The notes below the pieces were generated by a model. That model saw only the letters and a program-made list of their open reading frames with translations. It did not search any database and was not told the origin of the DNA. DNA of 64,000 bases from contig CAWFGE010000016.1 of assembly GCA_963815195.1 (NCBI GenBank), positions 1-64,000 of the forward strand. The letters are read 5' to 3'. The translations under genes and the position numbers were made by a program. Each line of letters begins with the position of its first letter. The first letter of the stretch is position 1. Shown here piece after piece: positions 9,145-18,516 of the stretch. The stretch is from an uncultured Planctomycetaceae bacterium (GTDB taxonomy: Bacteria > Planctomycetota > Planctomycetia > Planctomycetales > Planctomycetaceae).

Positions 9145-9239
9145 AATCCCCCTCCCGGATTTCTGGCGTTTTTGTTGGCGTAACTTTTCCCCCATTGTAC
9201 CCCGGCGGGGTGGCGTTTCGGGTTCGGTCGGGGCGGTTG

Positions 9240-9386
9240 TTATCGCTTATCCAATCGGTGAAATGTGCGGCGTAGCTCCTCCGGTTGGCGGCTCTCACCA
9301 CGCTGGCGGGCAAGTAGTTTGTGGTCGGTTCCGTTGGCTTTGCGTGGGTCGGGTTGCTGTTGGGGCTTGCGGTTGGGGGTGGGCAT
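9240..9386 (-). CDS. Small hypothetical protein (48 aa), phage-associated
   Basis: AAGGAG RBS, then MPTPNRKPQQQPDPRKANGTDHKLLARQRGESRQPEELRRTFHRLDKR*; downstream of the capsid fragment. Confidence 0.35.
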   Translation of the reverse strand: MPTPNRKPQQQPDPRKANGTDHKLLARQRGESRQPEELRRTFHRLDKR

Positions 9387-9539
9387 GGCAAAGGCTCCTT
9401 ATGGAAAAACCGAACCGGGGCATGGGCGACCCCGGTTCGGTGGCGAAAAGCCCGCCGCCCACGTTTAGGGTCGCGGGCGGCGGGTGGTGGAATGGCGGCA
9501 ATGGCCACAATTCCAACCAAAGGCTTCAAGTGTGGGCGA

Positions 9540-10213
9540 TTACGAGCCAGCACTCCGAACCGCCCCACGGTGGTCGATTTGGCAAACGCCGAAATCCAGG
9601 TATCCTCGCCATTCAACACCAAGGGTGTTAAACGGGGCGTCCTCTTGTTCAATCGTCGGTACTTCGTTTCCGTCCAAGAACGCCAACCCAAACGCGGCAA
9701 TATCCGCCGGGTCGCCAAACAGATGCCAATGGGTGTTGGAACCGCCAGAAAGCCCACCGGTTAAACCAAGGTAGGGCGTGGGGCTTGGCTCCACTTTTCC
9801 AAAGTGTACGTTCTCTCCGGGCAATCGGTCATCGGTGCTTGTGCTGCTCGCCCCAACGTTCAAAGTGCGAGCAACAAATAATTCGTCGGCCGTCGATTTC
9901 AAAGCGGGCGGAACAACCAAACGGCTTGGCAAAACGGAAATGGGTTTGCCTTCCTGGTCAACCTGCTCCAACATTTTCTGCACACCGCTGGAAAGCCCGG
10001 CAGAGCTTAAAACCGAACCGCCGCCGGAAATCAAGTTGCCGTTGTCCGCATGGAAAAACGAACCAGTGTTTGCCAGAACAAGCGTCCAAAACTCCTCCTC
10101 CAGGCTTAATGCGGCTCCCCTGCCCAAAAGCCTCGGCACCTCCTCCAACGCATCCAGGTCGTCGTTCACAATACTTTTGCGGTCGATGCCAAAAATACGG
10201 GCGTAAGTGGCAA
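9540..10213 (-). pseudogene. C-terminal fragment of Mu-like prophage major head (gpT-like) capsid protein
   Basis: TYARIFGIDRKSIVNDDLDAL, RLVVPPAL, PYL, WHLFGDP, AFLDGNEVPTIE, GVEWRGYLDFGV...DHRGAV; the N-terminus is missing. Confidence 0.8.
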
Positions 10214-10407
10214 TCGAGTTGCAGCTTGATCGACGCCAGCCGGTCCCGCATTTCCGTATGCTGGCGGGCGAAGGTTTCCTGATCGATGTCTTCCGACAAT
10301 CGCATGTTGAGCAGCCGGTCTTGCTGCTGCACGAGCAGCGTTTCCTGCCGCTGTAGCTCGGCCCACTGAGCAAGCGACTCGGTCTGGGCATTCAGCGTTT
10401 GCGACGC
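10213..10407 (-). pseudogene. Internal coiled-coil fragment of a large serine recombinase
   Basis: ASQTLNAQTESLAQWAELQRQETLLVQQQDRLLNMRLSEDIDQETFARQHTEMRDRLASIKLQLD resembles the C-terminal coiled coil of large serine recombinases; no catalytic domain is present. Confidence 0.6.
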
Positions 10408-10590
10408 GTGACCAGTTTCTTCGCCTCCACGAGATTCTCGGCCGTCAGCGTGTTGGCTTGGGGCGATTTCTTGCCGGCCGACTTCTTCGTTGCGGCTTTC
10501 TGCCCCTCCGGTCCGCCGGCCTGCTTCATCCGCTTCTTGACTTGGCTGACCAGCGCCGGACTCACGTGGATCCCGCGCTCGGCCAGATCA
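10408..10590 (-). pseudogene. Fragment of small basic (putative DNA-binding) protein
   Basis: LAERGIHVSPALVSQVKKRMK...KKSAGKK...LTAENLVEAKKLV, truncated at both ends. Confidence 0.45.
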
Positions 10591-10760
10591 GGAATGCCGA
10601 TGGATACTCGGTTGAGTATAGTAACGTCGTGCAAAAACACTGACAGGTTTTCAACATATGCTGGGGGTAGAACCTCTGGCCGACCAAACGGACTACGCGG
10701 CGATCGACAATCTGTTCGCCGCCGCTATGGGAAAGCGACCGATGGCGGGCGGAGCCGGCC

Positions 10761-11570
10761 TTATTTCCGCTTTGAACTGATGCGGTCGGCGAGGAACTGA
10801 TGGCGGCTGTTGAAGAGTCTGCGGTAGCCGAACAGGACAATGAGGATCGTACCCGTCGCCGTGCCTGCTCCGATCAGGAACATGATCACGATCTGATACT
10901 TGACCGCCGCCACCGGCGAGACGCCCGCCAGAAGCTGCCCGGTCATCATGCCGGGCAGACTCACGAGGCCCACGACCATCATCGAGTTGATCGTAGGGAT
11001 CATCCCCGTGCGCACGGCTTGGCGAACCGCATCGCGGGCCGCTTCCCAGCGCGTGGCTCCGAGCGTGAGCCGCATTTCAATCAGTTCCCGCTCGACGGCC
11101 AGATGCTCGGTCAACCGGTTAAGGCCCAGCGAAATTCCGTTGAGCGTGTTCCCGAGAATCATCCCCAACAGCGGAATCGCGTACTGTGCGGGGCGGTCGT
11201 TCCAGACGTGGGGCGGGATGATCGCCGAGAGTGCGATGCCGGTGAGGAGCCACGAACTCAGCATCACCGCCGTCAGGCTGTCGCGTCGCATCCCCGCATA
11301 CCGCCGATCCACCCGGCCCACGGCGGAGAGTCCCGCGACCAACGACATGACCAGCATCCACAAGAGGACGATCGCCCCGTTCTCCTGGCGGAAGATCCAC
11401 TGCAATAAAAACCCGATCGCCAAAAGCTGGGTCACGGTGCGGACGGCGGCCACGAACAATCGGCGTTCGAGATCTAACCTGAGCACGATCGAAATCACGC
11501 CATTGATCACAACCAGCGCCGCGGCGATGGCAACGTCCCCATACGATAGATCGTGGTATTCAGCCGACAT
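10761..11570 (-). CDS. fetB: ABC transporter permease, UPF0014/FetB (YbbM) family
   Basis: RTVTQLLAIG, AIPLLGMILGNTLN, GLVSLPGMMTGQLLAG, AVKYQIVIMF. Confidence 0.9.
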   Translation of the reverse strand: MSAEYHDLSYGDVAIAAALVVINGVISIVLRLDLERRLFVAAVRTVTQLLAIGFLLQWIFRQENGAIVLLWMLVMSLVAGLSAVGRVDRRYAGMRRDSLTAVMLSSWLLTGIALSAIIPPHVWNDRPAQYAIPLLGMILGNTLNGISLGLNRLTEHLAVERELIEMRLTLGATRWEAARDAVRQAVRTGMIPTINSMMVVGLVSLPGMMTGQLLAGVSPVAAVKYQIVIMFLIGAGTATGTILIVLFGYRRLFNSRHQFLADRISSKRK

Positions 11571-12231
11571 GCTGCGGTTCCTCGGCCCGGCCGCCGGCGA
11601 TCGGCAGCAGCCAATCGGCGATGCGGGAAATCTGGTCGGCCTGATGCGTGACCCACACGCTGGCCCGCGATTGGGGAGACTCCTCCAAATACGCCGTTAA
11701 CAGGTTTTCGACTTGCTCGCGGGATCGGCTGTCCAACGCGGCCGTGGGCTCATCCAACAACAACACCTCCGGCTCCAGTTGGAGCGCTCGGAGGAGCGCC
11801 ACAATCTGCCGTTCCCCGCCGGAGAGCGCCGCCGACTGCCGGTCCAAAAATGCCCGCTTCTGCCCGATGCGATTGAGAGATGCCAGAAGGCGGTCTCTTT
11901 GATAGCTCACCCGTCTCGACGCCGAAAACTCGAACGGCAGCCGCAGGTTGTCTTCCACTGTTCCCTCGACAAGCGCGGGCCGCTGGTGCAGATAGATCAC
12001 CTTTCTTCGATACGCGGGAACCTCGGCGTCGGCAATCGACCGGCCGTGCCAGCGAACTTCGCCCGCGTCGATTGCATCCAAGAGCGCAAGCGCCCGCAAG
12101 AGCAGCGTTTTGCCCGCACCTGTCGGACCACCAACGGCCCAGCGCTCTCCGGGGCCGGCCCGGAAACTCACCCGGTCCAAAAGCAATTCCCCGCCCGCGG
12201 ACCGCCGCGTCAACTCCACAGCCTCTAACAT
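11560..12231 (-). CDS. fetA: ABC transporter ATP-binding protein, FetA (YbbL)-like
   Basis: Walker A GPTGAGKT, LSGGERQ signature, LLLDEPTAALD; overlaps the fetB start. Confidence 0.85.
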   Translation of the reverse strand: MLEAVELTRRSAGGELLLDRVSFRAGPGERWAVGGPTGAGKTLLLRALALLDAIDAGEVRWHGRSIADAEVPAYRRKVIYLHQRPALVEGTVEDNLRLPFEFSASRRVSYQRDRLLASLNRIGQKRAFLDRQSAALSGGERQIVALLRALQLEPEVLLLDEPTAALDSRSREQVENLLTAYLEESPQSRASVWVTHQADQISRIADWLLPIAGGRAEEPQHVG

Positions 12232-12385
12232 CGCTCCCGCCGAAACAGGGGAAGGGCAACTCACTTGGTTCCACCGCGGAAAACCAACACCGCTGGAACA
12301 GTACAGGAAACCCCGGCGGAAAATCAATCGGTGGGCGAGCGATTCGTGGGCAGTTTTGAAAGAGCATCCATCGGCGGCCTTTTCG

Positions 12386-12832
12386 TTACGGTCCAGTGAA
12401 TTCCCACAACGGAACGAACACCGCCATGTAGAGAAGCACATCCAAAAACGCGATCAAAACCGCGAGGATCAGCAACCGGCTTCGCGCCAGCGAGCGGCTG
12501 GGATTCGGCTGCAAACAGGACCAGGCAATGGGAAGCGTTAACAGCACTGGAATAACGAGAATCGAAGCGAAAGGCTCATATTGGTTGATTTGCATTTCCC
12601 ACCATTTGGGAATGGGATTGTAACCCTCGATAGAAAATGAATGATAAATTGCGACAGAAACCCTGCAAATCGTCGTCAACCACGCAATGCAGGTGATTTC
12701 GAGCGCCGTCTGATAATCCCTTCGCCGAAAGAGAAAATAGTATCCCAGAAGAAACGCGAGGATCGCCAGTAATCCCAACGGACCCACGAAGCGCGTCAAA
12801 GCAAAAAACAAATAATCCAAAGCTTTCCACAT
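12386..12832 (-). CDS. Hypothetical membrane protein (~4 TM)
   Basis: MWKALDYLFFALT... with four hydrophobic segments; AT-richer than its neighbours. Confidence 0.55.
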   Translation of the reverse strand: MWKALDYLFFALTRFVGPLGLLAILAFLLGYYFLFRRRDYQTALEITCIAWLTTICRVSVAIYHSFSIEGYNPIPKWWEMQINQYEPFASILVIPVLLTLPIAWSCLQPNPSRSLARSRLLILAVLIAFLDVLLYMAVFVPLWEFTGP

Positions 12833-12843
12833 CAGGCATGGCC

Positions 12844-14088
12844 TCACTGGGTGCGGAGTTCGTCCACCAGCACGCGGAGGAAGGGTTCTACGTCGGTGAC
12901 TAACCCGACGGTCTGAAAGGTGCCGCGGTCGGCGAGTTTGGTGACGGTGGCGGGGTTGATGTCCACGCACACGACCTTCACGCGGGCGGGAAGGAGATTG
13001 CCCACGGCGATCGAATGCAGCGTGGTGGCGATCATGAGCGCGAACGTCACGCCTTGGCTCAGCTCGCGCATTTTCCGCTGGGCTTCGATCACATCCGTGA
13101 CCACGTCCGGCAGCGGACCGTCGTCGCGGATGCTCCCCGCGAGCAGAAACGGCACGTGGTTTTGGACGCACTCGTACATGATGCCCGTTTGCAGCACGCC
13201 TTGGTCCACGGCGTTTTGGATGCTGCCCAGCCGGCGGATGCGGTTGATCGAGCGGAGGTGGTGCTCGTGGCCTTCATCGATCGAGCCGCCGTGCGACATG
13301 GAGATGCCCAGGCTCGTATCGAAGAAGGACTGCTCGATGTCGTGCGTCGCGAGGGCATTGCCCGCGAAGAGCACGTTGACGTACCCGGTCTTGATCAGCC
13401 AACTCAAGTGCTCCCGGCTGCCGGTGTGGACGACGGCGGGGCCGGCGACTAAAAGAATTTTGCCAGCACCCTGCTTGGCCTGCCGCATGGCGTGGGCGAT
13501 TTCGCGGACGGTCACGCCTTTGGGTTTCTCGCTCGAGACAGTGCTGTGCATGAAGCTGAACGCGTCCCGAGAGCCGGCGGCGGTATCCCGTTCCGTCGGC
13601 TTGACCCGCGTCCCGGCCCGGCCGACGACGATGAGATCGCCTTTTTCGACATCGGACATGGGCACGCACTCGGCGGTGCTTTGGTCCGGGTTGACGCGGA
13701 TGCCGCAGTCCATCTCCTGCTTCGCCACGGGAATCCAATCGCCGCCCAGGCGGATTTCGGTGTCCTGGTTGGTGGTGGCGTAAAAGCGTTCGGGAAACGT
13801 GCCCGCGATGTCGGCGGGTTCGAGCAGGCAGTCCTGGGGGTTGGTGGACATCGCCCCGTGATGGCCGATCTCGTCGAGGATTTCCTCGAGACGTTCCGCC
13901 GACGCCGCGGAAACCAGCACCCGCGCGAAGCTGGGATCCTTCCGCGCCTGGCCGATCCGCACGTCTTTAAGGTCGAACGAACCGCCCATGGCGATGATCT
14001 CATCGAGCACCTTGGGCAGAATCAAACTGTCGATAATGTGGCCGGTGAGTTCCACTTCTTCGTGAAACGGAAAGTCGGCATCGCTCAT
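12844..14088 (-). CDS. TIGR00300 family protein (LOR/SDH domain; ornithine cyclodeaminase-like)
   Basis: GHIIDS, FYATTN, QEMDC, FSFMHSTVSSEKP, GPAVVHTG, GNALATHDIE, LAGSIRDDGPLPD, LHSIAVGN, KLADRG. Confidence 0.9.
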   Translation of the reverse strand: MSDADFPFHEEVELTGHIIDSLILPKVLDEIIAMGGSFDLKDVRIGQARKDPSFARVLVSAASAERLEEILDEIGHHGAMSTNPQDCLLEPADIAGTFPERFYATTNQDTEIRLGGDWIPVAKQEMDCGIRVNPDQSTAECVPMSDVEKGDLIVVGRAGTRVKPTERDTAAGSRDAFSFMHSTVSSEKPKGVTVREIAHAMRQAKQGAGKILLVAGPAVVHTGSREHLSWLIKTGYVNVLFAGNALATHDIEQSFFDTSLGISMSHGGSIDEGHEHHLRSINRIRRLGSIQNAVDQGVLQTGIMYECVQNHVPFLLAGSIRDDGPLPDVVTDVIEAQRKMRELSQGVTFALMIATTLHSIAVGNLLPARVKVVCVDINPATVTKLADRGTFQTVGLVTDVEPFLRVLVDELRTQ

Positions 14089-14136
14089 CGGGGCATTCCT
14101 TCATCGGTAAAAAAACGAAAATCCTCTCGCATTCGG

Positions 14137-14298
14137 TTTTAACGCAAAGACGCAGAGGGAAGGCACAAAGGCCGCAGAGAAAAAAAACGACGACGAATCG
14201 TGTTGAAAGTCAATCGTTGTGAGCGGGGTTGGGATGCCGCCAATACATTCATATTCTTTGTGGCCGTTGCGTCTTCCCTTTGCGCCTTTGCGTTAAAA
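14137..14298. repeat. Long imperfect inverted repeat (REP-like)
   Basis: TTTTAACGCAAAGACGCAGAGGGAAGGCACAAAGGCCGCAGAGAA pairs with TTCTTTGTGGCCGTTGCGTCTTCCCTTTGCGCCTTTGCGTTAAAA. Confidence 0.75.
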
Positions 14299-14461
14299 TC
14301 GCAACTCCAATATACCAGGAATTCTAGGTCTGCCGGGGATTTCCTTCAATTGGAATCCTTGAATGGTTGCCTTTCTGCTGGGCGAGGGCATAATGCAAAG
14401 CGCCGCGGCGGTGCGTCGTCGGCCGGGGCTTGCTGTTTCTGATTGGATTGGACTTCGCCTC

Positions 14462-14983
14462 ATGCGGATTGGGATTTTTGGGGATGCCCACGATCATGTG
14501 GACAACGTGCGGCATGCCGTGAATGTGTTTAACGCAGAAGCCTGCGACCTGGTGGTGTTCGCGGGGGATTTTTGCTCGCCCATCGTGATCCCGCCGCTGC
14601 GCCGATTGAATTGCCGGGTGCTCGCGTGTTTCGGCGACAATGACGCCAACAAGATCGCCCTCCAGGGTGGAATGCGGATCAAAGGCGAGATCGCGGAACC
14701 GCCCTGCGGCTTTGAAACGCCCGACGGCGTAAAGATTCTGTTGACCCACGCGACGGAAACTCTGCGGGGCCTGATCGAAGGGGCGGACGTGATTATCGCG
14801 GCCCATTCGCATCGCCCGATGATCGACCGCGACGCGGCCGGGCGGCTGTTCATCAACCCGGGCGAAACCAGCGGCTGGACCTACCGCCAACCGATGGTGG
14901 CGATCCTCGAGACAAAGCCGCTTTCCGCCCGGCTGGTCCCGTTGCCGGAAATGCCCCCGAAGCCGGTGATCGCGGGTCAATAA
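14462..14983 (+). CDS. Metallophosphoesterase, YfcE/MJ0936 family
   Basis: DAHD, AGD, GDND, TH, AHSH and INPG motifs. Confidence 0.9.
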   Translation: MRIGIFGDAHDHVDNVRHAVNVFNAEACDLVVFAGDFCSPIVIPPLRRLNCRVLACFGDNDANKIALQGGMRIKGEIAEPPCGFETPDGVKILLTHATETLRGLIEGADVIIAAHSHRPMIDRDAAGRLFINPGETSGWTYRQPMVAILETKPLSARLVPLPEMPPKPVIAGQ

Positions 14984-15742
14984 TCCAGGCTCGCGCCGCC
15001 CTCGGCTTCGATGGCCTGGCCGGTGAGGAAGCTGGAGTCTTCGGTGGCGAGGAACAGCGCAATGCGGCCGATTTCTTCGATCGTGCCCATCCGGCCCAAG
15101 ACCTGGAGCTTCGAAACGCGGTCGAGCGCGGACTCCGGATCCGGAAGCGTGGCGGCCCAGTCGCGCATCAGCGGCGTGTCGATGTTACTGGGAAGAATCG
15201 CGTTGACGCGAATGCCCGCGGGGCCGAGTTCGATCGCCAGCGATTTCGTAAAGCTCACCTGGGCCCCCTTGGTCGCGCAGTAGGCGGTCGAATGCTCCTG
15301 GCCGAGGACCGCGGTCATCGAGGACATATTGATAATCGTGCCCTTGGTCTTCTTGAGATGCGGCAGCGCATACTTGGCCCCGGCGAACGTGCTCGAGTAA
15401 TTGATCCGCATCAGGTCTTCCATGTCCTCGACGGAGATGTCTTCGAGCCGCGTGGCCGGCGGATGCTGGCCGGCGTTGTTGATGAGGCAATCCAGGCGGC
15501 CGAACTCGGCGACGGTGCTTTCGATGGCGCCTTGAATCTGTTCATGCCGGCCCACGTCGCAGGGGAAATACACCGCGCGTCCCGGCCCGGTTTTGGTCAG
15601 ATCCTTAGCGAGCGCTTCGCCCGCATCCTTGCCGCGGGACAAAATCGCCACCTGCCCGCCTTCCGCACAAAACACCCGCGCAGCCCTCGCCGATGCCTTT
15701 GCTGCCTCCGGTGACGATGACCACTCGATCTTGAAACCGCAT
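14977..15742 (-). CDS. SDR family oxidoreductase; frameshift near 15678
   Basis: MRFQDRVVIVTGGSKGIG in one frame; NNAG, YCATK and RVNAILP in the next. Confidence 0.9.
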
Positions 15743-15769
15743 ATCTCAAAAACCCCAATGACCGATGAA

Positions 15770-16248
15770 GGAAAATTCGAAATCCGAATCTCGAAATCCG
15801 AAACAAATTCCAATGACCGAAATCCCAATATCAAAACCCTGCCGATCGCGTGCCCTTTGTGATTCGAGGGATTCGTTTTTCATCTCGTTGCCAAGCTGGA
15901 GTTTGGGAACGAGCGAGGGGATCTGCTTTTGATATTTAGAGGGATTTGTTTTTGACATTTGGATTTGGGATTTTGAATTTGTTTCGGATTTCGGATTTCG
16001 TGCTTCGGATTCATCTCGTTCCCAAGCTCCCGCTTGGGAACGCACTCTCGCGAAGCTTCGCTTCGCAACTGCGCCGATAAGACGATTGCCGGCGATTGCA
16101 TGAGTCGCCCGACGTTTCACACGTTGCCAAGCTGGAGCTTGGAAACGAGCGAGGGGATCTGCTTTTGATATTTGGAGGGATTTGTTTTTGACATTTGGAT
16201 TTGGGATTTTGAATTTGTTTCGGATTTCGGATTTCGTGCTTCGGATTT
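15770..16248. repeat. Composite repeat: heptamer-based inverted arms, REP palindrome and ~126-bp direct duplication
   Basis: GAAATCCGAATCTCGAAATCCGAAAC vs TTTCGGATTTCGGATTTCGTGCTTCGGATT; near-identical blocks at 15886-16011 and 16122-16247; CGTTCCCAAGCTCCCGCTTGGGAACG palindrome. Confidence 0.85.
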
Positions 16249-16282
16249 ACATCAGAATACGCGCAGAATGGCGCACGCAGAT

Positions 16283-16750
16283 TTACGGGATCGTGTCCTG
16301 GACTTCGTAAAGCGCGGTGGGAGGAAGGCCGGCGTTTAGGAGGGCGTCGCGGAGCTCGTGCTCGGCTTTGGGGGTCGAGTTGTCCCGCATGCCGATGCGG
16401 ACTTTGATCCCCGAATCGCCTTCCACGGTTTTCGCCATCTTCACGATGCGGTCGAGCGAAACCGTGCGGTAGTTGTCGACGTCGTAACTGCTGGCGTCGG
16501 GCGATTTGAGGACCTTGTACTGGTCCCCGTCGATCAACACGACGACGACCTTGCCCAACTCGACGGTTTGGTTTGGCGGAGGGGCTTCGGGGTTTTTGGT
16601 GGAGTTCACGACCTTGGAGGAATCGCCGTCCTTGCCGCCTTTGCCGTCGCCCTCGCCCAAGCCGAAGCCTCCGGTGAACAAATTCCCCAAATAATACGCT
16701 CCGAGCAGAACCAGTCCGACGGCCCCGCCCATCATGGCTTTGCGTTTCAT
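16283..16750 (-). CDS. Single-TM protein with Gly-rich linker and ExbD-like periplasmic domain
   Basis: MKRKAMMGGAVGLVLLGAYYLG TM; GFGLGEGDGKGG linker; VVVVLIDGDQY...VSLDRIV...VRIGMRDNS...LRDALLNAG pattern. Confidence 0.6.
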   Translation of the reverse strand: MKRKAMMGGAVGLVLLGAYYLGNLFTGGFGLGEGDGKGGKDGDSSKVVNSTKNPEAPPPNQTVELGKVVVVLIDGDQYKVLKSPDASSYDVDNYRTVSLDRIVKMAKTVEGDSGIKVRIGMRDNSTPKAEHELRDALLNAGLPPTALYEVQDTIP

Positions 16751-16793
16751 GTGTTGGATACTCCTTGAATGATTCGTCTCCGCCGGTCGGGCA

Positions 16794-17651
16794 TCAGTCC
16801 ACCTCGGCTCCCAAGACCGCCGGGATGAATTGCGTGCGGTCATTGTCGGAATTGAACAACCGCAGCGTCATCGCCAATCCTTCACGGACCGGCTCGCGGT
16901 AGTAGCGCGTCAAATCCGGCTTCCAGGACACGACGAGCACCACGATGCTCTTGGGCTGAGGCAGCGTCTTGTAGGCGTTAAACAGGTTCTGGGCAAAGTC
17001 CTGGGCGGCCTCGGTCTCGGCTTTTTTCTTGGCGAGGAACTGCTCGCGGGGCGAAAGCTGCGCGAGCCGCTGGGCTTCGTCCGGCGACAAGGGCGCGCGG
17101 ACGCGGAAGACTTTCGTCTCGTCCCCGACTTTGAGTTCCGCGTTGCCTTCGCTGGTGATAAACAGCGTCCACACATCGACGCGCTTCCGCATCGCCTGGT
17201 GCGTAATCAGGTGCTTGATGACTTCGTTGCGATGTTCGCCCGCGAGTTCGTTGACCATCTCCCGCAGTTGCTTTTCCTCTTCGGGGGTGCGTTCCTTGTT
17301 CGACAGCGCGCGGTCCAGGACATCCTTGGGAATCTGAAACAGCTTCGCGACCAACTCGGCCAAGTCCTTTCGCTGGTTGAGCACCCGTTGCATTTCCTCG
17401 GTCACGCTCGCCAACTGGTCCCGCAATTGCTGCTGCAAGGTCTGGCGTTCGTTTTGAAGCTCGGTCAGCTTCTCTTCCGCAAGAAGCTGCGCTTTCACGG
17501 CGGCGGCGGTGCGTTCCTCGGCCCGGCGTTCGATTTCCTGCTCCGCCCGCGCGGACGTGTGCTGCACCTCCATGTATTGAGCGAAGATCACGATCAACAG
17601 CAAATCCAACAGCGGCGTGAGTTGGAAAGTGAGCTTCTTTCGCGAAAGCAT
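16794..17651 (-). CDS. ExbD/TolR-like membrane anchor with long coiled coil
   Basis: LTPLLDLLLIVIF matches the ExbD/TolR TM motif with the conserved Asp; it is followed by a ~90-aa E/Q/R-rich coiled coil. Confidence 0.7.
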   Translation of the reverse strand: MLSRKKLTFQLTPLLDLLLIVIFAQYMEVQHTSARAEQEIERRAEERTAAAVKAQLLAEEKLTELQNERQTLQQQLRDQLASVTEEMQRVLNQRKDLAELVAKLFQIPKDVLDRALSNKERTPEEEKQLREMVNELAGEHRNEVIKHLITHQAMRKRVDVWTLFITSEGNAELKVGDETKVFRVRAPLSPDEAQRLAQLSPREQFLAKKKAETEAAQDFAQNLFNAYKTLPQPKSIVVLVVSWKPDLTRYYREPVREGLAMTLRLFNSDNDRTQFIPAVLGAEVD

Positions 17652-17652
17652 C

Positions 17653-18306
17653 TCAGGCCTCACCTCCCGAAGACGTGATCGACAACTCCCGCTTCGCGCG
17701 GGCCACCGTCTCGCGGACATGCTGGCGGTTTTCGGTCAGCCGATTGAAAGGCGGCTCCAGAAAGCCATTGATGAACATCAAAATGATGGCCGCGACCAGT
17801 CCCGCGAACGTGGACCAGATCGCCTCGCCGAACCGCTCCACAATCGCCCCGACCGAACTCGCGGTTTCGGGATCGACCGGATTTTGGAGTGCCGCCCCGA
17901 TTGCGAGGATCGTCCCCAGCACCCCGGCGAGCGGGTAGGCTTCGATCATCGTTCGGCAGAGGTTGTAGCAGGTTTCAAACGTCAGCGAATTGAGATACCG
18001 GCGGTTCTCGTCGAGGATGTTCATCCGCAGCAAGAGGGCTTCGCGGTCGGCCCGGCGGGCGGGGCTTTCGAGGACTTCGTTCACATCCGCGAGAAAGGCT
18101 TCGATCTGATCGGAAAGATGCACCGTGCTGTCCAGTACGCTGCGGTGGCGGAGATTGCTGGTGAACTGCGACAGCGACGAGGCGATGTTCTTCAAATCCC
18201 GCCGCGACCAGACCCAGAGCAAAAAGAAGAACGCCAGATGCACCGCGAACGCCCCGGCGATCACAAACGTCGAGAGTCGCGATAGCGAATCCAATAACTG
18301 CTGCAT
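17653..18306 (-). CDS. MotA/TolQ/ExbB proton channel family protein
   Basis: Three TM segments; YPLAGVLGTILAI and FGEAIWSTFAGLVAAI motifs. Confidence 0.85.
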   Translation of the reverse strand: MQQLLDSLSRLSTFVIAGAFAVHLAFFFLLWVWSRRDLKNIASSLSQFTSNLRHRSVLDSTVHLSDQIEAFLADVNEVLESPARRADREALLLRMNILDENRRYLNSLTFETCYNLCRTMIEAYPLAGVLGTILAIGAALQNPVDPETASSVGAIVERFGEAIWSTFAGLVAAIILMFINGFLEPPFNRLTENRQHVRETVARAKRELSITSSGGEA

Positions 18307-18323
18307 CGGGCCGAACCCTTTTT

Positions 18324-18380
18324 AGTAGCGGCGGCATCTTGCCGCCGAGTGCTTCAACGGCGGCAGGATGCCGCCGCGAC
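18324..18380. repeat. GTAG-type REP palindrome (related copy at ~52253-52302)
   Basis: GTAGCGGCGGCATCTTGCCGCCG...CGGCGGCAGGATGCCGCCGC; CGGCAAGATGCCGCCGCTAC at ~52283-52302. Confidence 0.7.
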
Positions 18381-18516
18381 ATTGGTCGGTAAAAGCGAAC
18401 CGCTCCTATTATTGTAGGTTCTCTGCGCGGGAAAACACCGGTGAAATCCCCGATCCGAGGATTGAAAGTTTGCGCATCTTATGGGAATTATGCGGGTTCG
18501 GAAAGAGCGTCCTGCT

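Larger units (their letters stand above)
6280..10700. mobile_element. Decayed genomic island/prophage remnant downstream of tRNA-Pro (boundaries approximate)
   Basis: Compositional shift, pseudogenes, and capsid and recombinase fragments. No intact integrase or clear attL/attR pair was found. Confidence 0.6.

Noticed and set aside
6280..10700. Intact or inducible prophage
   Set aside because: Only fragments are present; there is no terminase, portal, tail or complete integrase, and no convincing attL/attR pair (TGGCCGACCA near 10677 is too weak).
15746..16120. Small proteins such as the EARNPKSETNSK-type ORFs
   Set aside because: They are translations of the heptamer repeat element, not genes.
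16283..18306. Zorya defence system or flagellar stator motAB
   Set aside because: The MotA-like protein lacks the long ZorA tail, the partner has no OmpA-like peptidoglycan-binding motif, and no zorC/D/E or flagellar genes are adjacent.
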